A DNA stretch of 35,544 bases from Candidatus Pacearchaeota archaeon (GTDB lineage: Archaea > Nanobdellota > Nanobdellia > Pacearchaeales > GW2011-AR1), in NCBI GenBank assembly GCA_016784085.1, contig JADHVH010000001.1:1-35544 (forward strand). Reading direction: 5' to 3'. Below are positions 8,158-15,857 of the stretch, in pieces. The notes beneath the pieces were generated by a model, which was not told where the DNA came from, made no database searches, and was given only the letters and a program-made list of their open reading frames with translations. The position numbers and the translations under genes were made by a program. The stretch's first letter is position 1, and each line of letters begins with the position of its first letter.

Positions 8158-8790
8158 ATGGCTAAAAAAGAAAATACTAAACCAACTGAAAAAATTGAAA
8201 GAGAATATGTTATTCCTCTTAGAAAATATTGGAAAAGAGTTCCAAGATATAAAAGAGCAAATAGAGCTGTTAAGGGAATAAAAGAATTTTTAGCCCAACA
8301 TATGCAAATTAGAGATAGAGATCTTAATAAAATCAAAGTTGATATTTTCTTAAATGAACAAGTTTGGACAAGGGGAATTAAAAAACCACCTGTAAAAGTT
8401 AAGATTAAAGCTATTAAAGAAAATGGAATTGTAAGAGTTGAACTTTTAGATCTTCCAGATAAAATAAAATTCAAAAAGAAAAGATTTGAAAAAATTGAAG
8501 CTAGAGCTCAAGAATCTCTTGAAAAGAAAAAATCTTTTATGGAAAAAGCTAAAGAAGGAATGCAACAACCTGCAAAAACAACTTCAACAGAAGAAGCTAA
8601 ATCTAAAGAAACTGAAAAAAAGGAAGATGAAAAGGTTGAAGAAAAAAAGGAAGATGAAAAAGAAAAGAAATCTGCTGTTATAGAAGCTGGAAATAAAATG
8701 GAAAAAGTTGCAGCTAAACAGGCCAAACATCAAACTACTCCTAAAATGAAGCAACCTAAAAGGCCACAGAGAAAATCTTTAGCAAAATAA
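8158..8790 (+). CDS. rpl31e: 50S ribosomal protein eL31 with a long K/E-rich C-terminal extension
   Basis: The N-terminal ~95 aa match eL31: EREYVIPLRK...PRYKRANRAVKGIKEFLAQHM...VKVDIFLNEQVWTRGIKKPPVKVKIKA. The remaining ~115 aa are low-complexity K/E/T-rich sequence. Confidence 0.85.
   Translation: MAKKENTKPTEKIEREYVIPLRKYWKRVPRYKRANRAVKGIKEFLAQHMQIRDRDLNKIKVDIFLNEQVWTRGIKKPPVKVKIKAIKENGIVRVELLDLPDKIKFKKKRFEKIEARAQESLEKKKSFMEKAKEGMQQPAKTTSTEEAKSKETEKKEDEKVEEKKEDEKEKKSAVIEAGNKMEKVAAKQAKHQTTPKMKQPKRPQRKSLAK
8614..8660 (+). repeat. 20-nt perfect direct repeat (GAAAAAAAGGAAGATGAAAA) with a 27-nt period inside the eL31 tail
   Basis: The copies lie at 8614-8633 and 8641-8660 and encode EKKEDEKVE and EKKEDEKEK. 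Confidence 0.85.
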
Positions 8791-8796
8791 TTCTTC

Positions 8797-10044
8797 TTAA
8801 ATTAATTTTATCAATGTAAACATTGGCCATCTAAATGATTTTTTAAAAGATTTGTTAAAAGATTTTGAATCTATTTTTGTTTCTTTTTTGGAAAGATCCA
8901 AAGCATATTTTTTATTAATTTTTCCCCATGCTTGAGCCATTTCTTTTTTGTTTTTTGGGCCTTTCACTTCTTTTTTGTGATCTAACCTTCTAAATAAAAG
9001 AGTATTAATTGATAACCAAAGGGCCATTACTCTAGTAGTCATATAATTTTCACTTTTTGTATTTATTACTGAGGGGATTAATAATTTTGGAAAAATAATA
9101 TCTAAATTCTCAAGGTCACTTAAAATAAAGGCCATATTCCAAGTTTCATAAAGATTTACCCATTTCTTAGAAAAGGGAATTGTTGAAGAAAAATTGTTTT
9201 TATTTTTTAAGGAATTATAAAAATTTCCACTCATTTTTTCTGGAAAAATATTTCCTTTCTTGAATATTTGTTTACGAGTATTTTTTTTAAGTTCTTCTGT
9301 AAGTGCATGAGCACACATAGCATTATTTTCAAATCCTTTCTTATATTCAGTTATTCCAGCCTCATAAATATTAAGACGTAATCCTTTAAAATCAGATTTT
9401 CCACTTTTTTTAAGAGAATCTAAAACAATTCTGTATTCAGGATAATTAAGTTTCTTATTTTTATATAAACTTTTTATAAACTTTTTATTTAGTTTCTTTT
9501 TATCTTGTTCCCTTTTAAATCTAAAAAAAGTTACTGCTGGATCAAGAGATACTACTTTTGTTGCTAAAAAAATACTTCCTGTTGCACACCAAACTTTCCA
9601 AAAAGTATTAATTAAACTAGAGGTAATCACACCATATTCTTTTCTCTTATTTAAAAGATAATTTTGTATTTCTATAAAGAATGCGTTATTGTTGGCCATG
9701 GCAGCTGTTAATGCTTCAAAAACAAAAGTTACATGGATTGCTTTTTCAATATGTTTAGATTTTGAAAACCAATTTTTTCCTAATGCTTCTTCAATAAATT
9801 CTAATACAGCAGGATGTTTAGTAATAATTCCATGTTTAATATTCAAAAACATTTGTTTCAGGGGTTGAGGATGATTGCTAATTTTATCTAAAAATAATTT
9901 AAGAGGTTTATATTCAGTTCTAAAAGTATCAAGTTTCATTTCTCTGAGAACAGCCCTGATTTCCTTAGGATCTGTTTTCATATTTAGACTTATTCCTAAT
10001 GCCTTCATTGCTTTATCTACAATAATAGACTTTTGATTAGCCAT
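8797..10044 (-). CDS. hypothetical Lys-rich, predicted alpha-helical protein (415 aa), no recognisable family
   Basis: This is a long uninterrupted ORF in an AT-rich genome. It is co-directional with the methyltransferase gene and lies 53 nt downstream of it. I recognised no signal peptide and no catalytic motifs. Confidence 0.6.
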   Translation of the reverse strand: MANQKSIIVDKAMKALGISLNMKTDPKEIRAVLREMKLDTFRTEYKPLKLFLDKISNHPQPLKQMFLNIKHGIITKHPAVLEFIEEALGKNWFSKSKHIEKAIHVTFVFEALTAAMANNNAFFIEIQNYLLNKRKEYGVITSSLINTFWKVWCATGSIFLATKVVSLDPAVTFFRFKREQDKKKLNKKFIKSLYKNKKLNYPEYRIVLDSLKKSGKSDFKGLRLNIYEAGITEYKKGFENNAMCAHALTEELKKNTRKQIFKKGNIFPEKMSGNFYNSLKNKNNFSSTIPFSKKWVNLYETWNMAFILSDLENLDIIFPKLLIPSVINTKSENYMTTRVMALWLSINTLLFRRLDHKKEVKGPKNKKEMAQAWGKINKKYALDLSKKETKIDSKSFNKSFKKSFRWPMFTLIKLI

Positions 10045-10097
10045 ATGTTTAAAATAAAAATAAATATTTATTAATCTTTTGTACTATATTGAAATAA

Positions 10098-10940
10098 TTA
10101 TTTTTTAGTTGCAGTTAAAATTATTGAAGAAGGCTGTTCATTTATATAAGGATAATATTCATTTATTCTCATATCACAAAATGGAAGAAGGTTTTTCTTT
10201 TTTGCCCCATTAATTATTTTTTCTGTGGGCTTTAATGATCTTAAGGAGTCTATAGAAAATTTATCTTCAATTACTCTAACATAGTCAGATAAATTTCTAT
10301 GAAAAACAGGTACATAAAAAGAACCTGTTTTTTCTACAATTGGGTATTCTGCCCTATATTCCCATTGGTCTTTTTTAGGATCTTCTGAATAAACTATATT
10401 TTTTAAAGATCCCCTCTTTCTGAGTGTTTCTTCAAATTGGGGATTTACAAATATTGAAACAAGTTTTCCTCCAGATTTTAATAGTGAACCAATATTTCCA
10501 ACAAATTTTTCTATGTCTGGAACTTCTTGGAATGCAAAAGAAGAATGAACTAAATTGCCTCTTCCAACATAATTAGGATTGTAAATCATACTTTCAATTT
10601 TTTCAAAGACGGGGCGAATCTTTAATTTTCCAAAAACAAAAGAAAGGGGCATGTTCTTTCCTACTTTTTCTAAGAGTTCCTTTTGATTATCTTGGGCATA
10701 AATTGTTCCTTGATAATCTAATTTCTTTAAGCTTTCTCTAAGAAAAAAAGTTTCTTCTCCTTCTCCACATCCAATATCAAAATAAGTTCCCCTCTTAGGT
10801 ATATTAAGATTTTTTAATTCTTCTTTTAAGTTTGGGTGCACAAGGAGGTTTCTATAATTAAGATCTTGATCCCTATTGATCCAACTATTTCTTGCATTTG
10901 CCCAAGTTTGATCGATCCATCCATTTAATGTTTTTGTCAT
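10098..10940 (-). CDS. class I SAM-dependent methyltransferase, substrate unknown
   Basis: It has Rossmann motif I YFDIGCGEGEETFFL, an acidic motif II (IYAQDNQ) and the post-motif LKSGGKLVSIF. There is no (D/N/S)PP(Y/F) DNA-methyltransferase motif. Confidence 0.75.
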   Translation of the reverse strand: MTKTLNGWIDQTWANARNSWINRDQDLNYRNLLVHPNLKEELKNLNIPKRGTYFDIGCGEGEETFFLRESLKKLDYQGTIYAQDNQKELLEKVGKNMPLSFVFGKLKIRPVFEKIESMIYNPNYVGRGNLVHSSFAFQEVPDIEKFVGNIGSLLKSGGKLVSIFVNPQFEETLRKRGSLKNIVYSEDPKKDQWEYRAEYPIVEKTGSFYVPVFHRNLSDYVRVIEDKFSIDSLRSLKPTEKIINGAKKKNLLPFCDMRINEYYPYINEQPSSIILTATKK

Positions 10941-11005
10941 ATAAAAACCGGGATTTTTCTATTGATAAAGATCCTTTCCCCCGTACGGGGAGTAGAATAA
11001 TAAAG

Positions 11006-11013
11006 TTTATAAT
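11006..11013 (+). promoter_or_regulatory. TATA box (TTTATAAT) 29 nt upstream of the trmB-like ATG
   Basis: This is an archaeal TATA consensus-like octamer. The same 29-nt spacing to the ATG recurs at three other operon heads, consistent with leaderless transcripts. Confidence 0.55.
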
Positions 11014-11034
11014 CTAAAATTAATTAATTAAAGT

Positions 11035-11778
11035 ATGTATGAAAAAGAATTTGAAGAATTTGGATTAACAAAGGGAGAATCTAAAGTGTACCTCTCTTTA
11101 CTTAAAATAGGAGAATCTACAGTAGGCCCAATAGTAAAAAATTCTAAGGTTGCTTATTCTCATATCTATGAGATTTTGGAAAGGCTTATTCAAAAAGGGC
11201 TAGTATCTTATATTTTAAAAGAAAAGACAAAATACTTCCAAGCTGTCAATCCATCTTTATTAAAAGAGTATTTTAAGAAAAAGAAAAATGAAATTGATAG
11301 ACAAGAAACAAAATTTGAAAAAATCCTTCCCAATCTTTTAAAACTAAATCAAACAAAAAAAGAATCTTCTGCAGAAATATTTGTTGGAGAAAAAGGTCTA
11401 TTAACAGCATATAATGAATTGATTAAAGGTTATGGCAAAACAGATATTTTGAGATATTGGTATTCCCATGATGAAGAAACTTATGCTAAACTAAATAACT
11501 TTTACCATAAATTGTTTCCTAAGTTAAAGGGTAAAATTAGAATGGAAGGGATTGCCAATCAGGAAGTTAGAAAGAAAATCATCAAAGAAAAACTTCCTAG
11601 TTTTGTTAAAGCTAAATTTGTTGATTTTCCCATCCCTTCAAATATAGATGTTTTTAAAAATAAAATTTTAATAACAATCTGGAAAGATGTTCCTACTGCC
11701 TTCTTAATAACTTCTAAAGAAGCTGCAAAAGGCTTTATAAGTTATTTTGATGATACTTGGAGGGGGGCTAAAAAATGA
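11035..11778 (+). CDS. TrmB-family transcriptional regulator
   Basis: The N-terminal winged HTH is typical of TrmB (FGLTKGESKVYLSLLKIGESTVGPIVKNSKVAYSHIYEILERLIQKGLVSYI), followed by a C-terminal effector-like domain. Confidence 0.8.
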   Translation: MYEKEFEEFGLTKGESKVYLSLLKIGESTVGPIVKNSKVAYSHIYEILERLIQKGLVSYILKEKTKYFQAVNPSLLKEYFKKKKNEIDRQETKFEKILPNLLKLNQTKKESSAEIFVGEKGLLTAYNELIKGYGKTDILRYWYSHDEETYAKLNNFYHKLFPKLKGKIRMEGIANQEVRKKIIKEKLPSFVKAKFVDFPIPSNIDVFKNKILITIWKDVPTAFLITSKEAAKGFISYFDDTWRGAKK

Positions 11779-12479
11779 TAAATCAAATTAAAAAAGATAT
11801 TCAGAAAATAGCTAATCCTGAAAAGGCCAAAATATATCAAAGATTTTTTAAAACAGGAAAAGGCCAATATGGAGAAGGAGATGTTTTTCTTGGGTTAACT
11901 GTTCCACAGCAAAGATCTATTGCAAAAAATTACTTGGGAATTGGCTTGCCAAAAATACAACAACTTTTGAAATCTAAAATTCATGAGCATAGATTAGTCG
12001 CATTAATTATTCTTGTTGAAAAATATAAAAAAGCAGGGGATGAAGAAAAAGGGAATATCTTCAATCTTTATTTAAAAAATACTAAATTTATCAATAATTG
12101 GGATCTTATTGATTTAACAGCTCCAAATATAGTGGGTGAATTTTTATTAGATAAAAAAAGGATTATACTTTATAACCTTGCAGAGTCAAAAAGTCTGTGG
12201 GAAAAGAGAATTTCTGTTTTAGCTACTTTTACTTTTATTAGAAATAATGAATTTAAAGATTGTTTAAGAATTTGCGAAATATTGTTAAAAGATGATCATG
12301 ATCTAATTCATAAGGCCTGTGGATGGATGCTTAGAGAAATTGGAAAAAGAGATTTAGCTGTTGAAGAAAAATTTCTAAAGAAACATTATAAGAACATGCC
12401 AAGAACAATGTTAAGATATGCTATTGAAAGATTTGAAGAAAATAAAAGGCAAAAATATTTGAAAGGAAAAATAAAATGA
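11775..12479 (+). CDS. DNA alkylation repair protein (AlkD-like HEAT-repeat family)
   Basis: It has the DNA_alkylation family N-terminal pattern (ANPEKAKIYQRFFKTGKGQYGEGDVFLGLTVPQQRSIAK) and later WDLIDL...ACGWMLREIG. It has an ATGA overlap with the trmB-like gene. Confidence 0.7.
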   Translation: MINQIKKDIQKIANPEKAKIYQRFFKTGKGQYGEGDVFLGLTVPQQRSIAKNYLGIGLPKIQQLLKSKIHEHRLVALIILVEKYKKAGDEEKGNIFNLYLKNTKFINNWDLIDLTAPNIVGEFLLDKKRIILYNLAESKSLWEKRISVLATFTFIRNNEFKDCLRICEILLKDDHDLIHKACGWMLREIGKRDLAVEEKFLKKHYKNMPRTMLRYAIERFEENKRQKYLKGKIK

Positions 12480-13306
12480 ATAAAAAATTAAAAGATCTAC
12501 TTGAATTTGGGATAATTAATATAGATAAATCTTCTGGACCTACTAGTTTTAATGTTTCTGATTTTGTAAGAAAAAAACTTGGCCTTAGAAAAACATCTCA
12601 TTTTGGTACACTTGATCCTAAAGTTACAGGGGTTCTTCCTATTGCTCTTAATCGTGCTTGTAAACTTACAGGTTATTTTATGGGCCATGATAAAACATAT
12701 ATTGGGATAATGAGAATTCATGAGGAAAAAAATATGGAAGAAATTCAAAAAATAATTGATAAAAAATTTATGGGAAAAATTCAACAATTACCTCCTGTAA
12801 AATCCCGAGTTAAAAGAGCTATTCGTGAAAGAGAAGTTATGAAATTTCAACTATTAGAACAAGATGAAAAAAATATTGTCTTTGAGGCAAAAGTCCAAGC
12901 AGGAACTTATATTAGAAAATTGATTTCTGATTTAGGAGAAGACATTGGTGGCGCACATATGCTTGAACTTAGAAGGACTCAGGCTGGAATTTTTGAAGAA
13001 AAAAAATCAGTAACATTATATGAATTTGAAGAAGCTTTGAAAGATGAAAAAAAACTTGAAAAAATAATTACTCCAGGAGAGATAATTAAAACAGTTTATC
13101 CAGTAGTTGAAATAAATAAAGATAATTTAATTCAGATCTTTACAGGAAAGCCCATCCATAGAGATAACTTAATTAACAAAGAAACCTTCAAAAAAGGAGA
13201 AACAGTTTGTATTTTTCATAAAAAACAATTTATTGGAATGTATGAAGTAATAAATTCCAGTGAAATATTTGCAAAATCTAAATTTGTTATGCAACCCATC
13301 AAATGA
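12476..13306 (+). CDS. cbf5: tRNA/rRNA pseudouridine synthase Cbf5 (TruB family with PUA domain)
   Basis: It has the TruB catalytic block GIINIDKSSGPTSFNV...KTSHFGTLDPKVTGVLPIAL (catalytic Asp), GTYIRKL, and a C-terminal PUA-like segment. It is compact at 276 aa. Confidence 0.9.
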   Translation: MNKKLKDLLEFGIINIDKSSGPTSFNVSDFVRKKLGLRKTSHFGTLDPKVTGVLPIALNRACKLTGYFMGHDKTYIGIMRIHEEKNMEEIQKIIDKKFMGKIQQLPPVKSRVKRAIREREVMKFQLLEQDEKNIVFEAKVQAGTYIRKLISDLGEDIGGAHMLELRRTQAGIFEEKKSVTLYEFEEALKDEKKLEKIITPGEIIKTVYPVVEINKDNLIQIFTGKPIHRDNLINKETFKKGETVCIFHKKQFIGMYEVINSSEIFAKSKFVMQPIK

Positions 13307-13920
13307 GACATTTTATTTATTTTTCAGGCCAAGCAAGAACATCTGGGAACTTTGATGTAAAAAACCTTATGAAAGCTGGAAGAATGGATATTGCAATTCA
13401 TAGTTTTATTAATGCTCTTTTTTTCTCACATGGAGTTAGAGAAGATGTCAAATTTCATTTTGTTTTCTATGGCGCTCCTGATCCCCCAAAACATATAGAA
13501 ATTCAAGTCAATAAAGAAGAAGGTCTTCCAGAACCTGAAAAAGGTGTTCAAAGAATAGATATTAGTAAAAAAGATGTAGGTTCTTTATTAAAAAAAATTT
13601 TATACAAATATAAAAAAGGAGAAAAAAATGAAGTTTTCCAAGGATGTTTTATTGAAAAAAGGAGTTTTTTGAAAGTTATTGAAGATCTTATGAATGAAGG
13701 AAAATCTATTTTTATTTTAGATAAAAAAGGAGAAGATATTAGAAAAGCAAAAATCCCTAAAGATTCTGTTTTTATTTTTGGAGATCAAGAAGGTTTACCT
13801 AGAAAAGAATTTAAGAGATTAAAAAAAATGGTTAATTCTGTTTCCATTGGCCCAAAAATGTATTTTGCTAGCCAAACAATTACAATTGTTAATAATGAAT
13901 TAGACAAAAGAGGGCTGTAG
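13303..13920 (+). CDS. trmY: tRNA (pseudouridine54-N1)-methyltransferase TrmY (SPOUT, DUF358)
   Basis: It is collinear with remembered Mj1640-type TrmY: GRMDIAIHSFINALFFSHGVREDVKFHFVFYGAPDPP ... VFIFGDQEGLP ... SIGPKMYFASQTITIVNNELDK. It has an ATGA overlap with cbf5. Confidence 0.85.
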   Translation: MRHFIYFSGQARTSGNFDVKNLMKAGRMDIAIHSFINALFFSHGVREDVKFHFVFYGAPDPPKHIEIQVNKEEGLPEPEKGVQRIDISKKDVGSLLKKILYKYKKGEKNEVFQGCFIEKRSFLKVIEDLMNEGKSIFILDKKGEDIRKAKIPKDSVFIFGDQEGLPRKEFKRLKKMVNSVSIGPKMYFASQTITIVNNELDKRGL

Positions 13921-14161
13921 GGAAGGCTTATCTTTTATTTCTAAACCGCATACAACCCCCTAAGATCTATTTTAGAAACAAATAGAGAGTGTTGAGAGCA
14001 TAAATCCCTTTTTGGAGTAAAGGGATCTGAGAGGTTGAAAAATGAAATGAAGTTTATTTTCAAGTACTATAAGATAGATTTTGCTTTATAAAACGATTAT
14101 GAAAAATTCATCTAGACTCTAGTTCCATAATCTTTTTAAACGAAAAATAGGTTGTTTTTTT

Positions 14162-14911
14162 ATGAGATTTGTATTTACTCCTGATTGGTTTTTAGGAAAA
14201 GATGTTTTAATTGATGTTTTTAGTTTTCTTACCCTAATGATATTTTTCATTCTAGCATTTAAATATTCTAAAATTAGTAATAATCGAAATTTGCTATATC
14301 TTGGTTCTGGATTTGGATTAATTGGTTTAGCACAATTATCCTCTATTCTCACTAAAATGGTTCTTTATTTTGATTTTGGACCTAGCCAACAAATAGGTAG
14401 GGCGCTGGTTTCAACATATCATGTTATGAGTTCTGTAGATATTTTTTATTTACTTGGATTTTTCTTTTTTAAATTTTTAATGCTTTCAGGATTTTATATT
14501 ATTTATAGGCTTCCAAGAAAAAATAAATCTTTTTGGGATATTGTAGTGGGAATTTATTTTTTAATAATTTCAATATCAATAGTTAAAGAAATGTATTACT
14601 TATTTTATCTAACTGCATTAATTTTAATGACTTTAATTGTAATAAAATATATTAAAATATATAGGAAAAATAATTCAAAAAATACTCTTATTTTGATTAC
14701 TTCTTTTGTAATTTTAGCATTTAGTCAATTGATTTTCTTATTATCTCCTCTTGAAACATTTTTTGTTTTAGCAGAAATCTTTGAACTTATTAGTTATGCT
14801 ATATTACTTGGCCTTGGAATTACACTTTTAAAACATGGAAACAAAAAGAAGTCGAATGGACATTATATCAGACATCCTGTCCATGATACAAAAAAAAGGC
14901 GGAAAAATTAA
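14162..14911 (+). CDS. polytopic membrane protein (about 7 TM helices), function unknown
   Basis: Hydrophobic helices run throughout, with a basic C-terminal tail. TTTTTAAA lies 29 nt upstream of the ATG. Confidence 0.55.
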   Translation: MRFVFTPDWFLGKDVLIDVFSFLTLMIFFILAFKYSKISNNRNLLYLGSGFGLIGLAQLSSILTKMVLYFDFGPSQQIGRALVSTYHVMSSVDIFYLLGFFFFKFLMLSGFYIIYRLPRKNKSFWDIVVGIYFLIISISIVKEMYYLFYLTALILMTLIVIKYIKIYRKNNSKNTLILITSFVILAFSQLIFLLSPLETFFVLAEIFELISYAILLGLGITLLKHGNKKKSNGHYIRHPVHDTKKRRKN

Positions 14912-15107
14912 GCCAACTCATTTAATGTATAAAGCTAATCTTTCCCACACTCAAATGAAGATCTACCTAGAAAATCTAATAAAAAATAAATTAATTGAAA
15001 AAGTTAAAGAAGGTAAATCTAATATGATTGTTATTACAGATAAGGGAATTGATTTTTCCATAAAATATATTCAAATGAAGGAATTTGAAAACACCTTTGG
15101 ATTATAA
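14835..15107 (+). CDS. small winged-helix DNA-binding protein (HTH_45-like)
   Basis: It shows the pattern [52 protein letters not shown]...VITDKGIDF. It overlaps the upstream membrane gene by 77 nt; internal ATGs at 14856 and 14883 would shorten the overlap. Confidence 0.6.
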   Translation: METKRSRMDIISDILSMIQKKGGKIKPTHLMYKANLSHTQMKIYLENLIKNKLIEKVKEGKSNMIVITDKGIDFSIKYIQMKEFENTFGL

Positions 15108-15144
15108 GATAAAAATTAATAAAGGCTTACTATTTACTACTCTT

Positions 15145-15420
15145 ATGAAAAAATCAGTAAGACTCTATATTCTTGGCACGGTTCAAGGAGTTTTCTTTAG
15201 AATGTTTATTAAAGAAAATGCAGAAAAATATAATGTTAAAGGATTTACCCGAAATTTGGAAAATGGAAAAATTGAAGTTTTTTTAGAGGGTGATACTAAT
15301 GATGTTAACAAAATGATTGACCTTTGCAAAAAAGGACCAAAACATTCTCAAATAAAAAATGTGGAAATGAAATCAGAACCTTTTCAAAATTTCAAAACCT
15401 TTAAAATTCTACATATATAA
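15145..15420 (+). CDS. acyP: acylphosphatase
   Basis: It has the signature YILGTVQGVFFRMFIKENAEKYNVKGFTRNLENGKIEVFLEG...KGP. I started it at the internal ATG at 15145 (91 aa, family-typical) rather than the track start at 15085. Confidence 0.85.
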   Translation: MKKSVRLYILGTVQGVFFRMFIKENAEKYNVKGFTRNLENGKIEVFLEGDTNDVNKMIDLCKKGPKHSQIKNVEMKSEPFQNFKTFKILHI

Positions 15421-15428
15421 TTCTTAAA

Positions 15429-15827
15429 ATGATTTATACAAATTCTGATGGAGGGGCAAGAGGTAATCCTGGCCCAGGAGCAATAGGAGTAATAGTTAGA
15501 GATGAGGGGAAAATTTTAACAAAATATAGTTCAAGGATTGGAGACAATGTTACTAATAATGTTGCTGAATATGAAGCTCTAATAAAAGCCTTGGAACTTG
15601 CAGCACAACATACAGAAGAACTAACTTGTTTTTTAGATTCTCAATTAATAGTTAAACAACTTATGGGAGAATATGGTGTTAAAACACCTCACATTATGGA
15701 ATTATTTTTAAGAGTCCAAAAACTACAGGAAAAATATAAAAAAATTACATATGTTCATGTTAGTAGATGGGATAAGTTTCAACAAATAGCAGATCAACTT
15801 CTGAACGAAGAGCTAGATAATAAATAA
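15429..15827 (+). CDS. rnhA: ribonuclease HI (archaeal type 1 RNase H)
   Basis: It has DGGARGNPGPGAIGVIV, NNVAEYEALIKALELA and DSQLIVKQ. The DEDD catalytic residues are present. Confidence 0.85.
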   Translation: MIYTNSDGGARGNPGPGAIGVIVRDEGKILTKYSSRIGDNVTNNVAEYEALIKALELAAQHTEELTCFLDSQLIVKQLMGEYGVKTPHIMELFLRVQKLQEKYKKITYVHVSRWDKFQQIADQLLNEELDNK

Positions 15828-15857
15828 AGTTATAAATAACTAATTCTTAGAAAAAAT

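Noticed and set aside
8106-8726. Three ORFs (8106-8474 minus, 8486-8683 plus, 8508-8726 minus) overlapping rpl39e and rpl31e
   Set aside because: They are shadow frames of the A/G-rich K/E-coding region. The translations are homopolymer-like (K/L-rich or S/F-rich), while the eL31 and eL39 frames carry clear family motifs.
10098-10940. The methyltransferase as part of a restriction-modification or other defence system
   Set aside because: It has no (D/N/S)PP(Y/F/W) or cytosine-C5 motifs. No nuclease, helicase or specificity gene is adjacent, so a small-molecule, RNA or protein methyltransferase is more likely.
12497-12787. A 96-aa minus-strand ORF
   Set aside because: It is antisense to the catalytic core of cbf5, with no motif and low complexity.
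13921-14161. A specific classification of the intergenic hairpins as an H/ACA or C/D box guide sRNA, or as a split or second tRNA
   Set aside because: I found no ACA trinucleotide positioned 3' of a lower stem, no RUGAUGA/CUGA box pairs on either strand, and no T-loop (GTTCRANYC) or acceptor-stem complementarity. Only the generic 'possible structured RNA' observation is kept.
14119-14352. A 77-aa minus-strand ORF spanning the intergenic region and the start of the membrane gene
   Set aside because: It is antisense to a strongly hydrophobic, well-formed membrane ORF. It has no promoter-like element downstream on the minus strand that I could see, so it is likely spurious.
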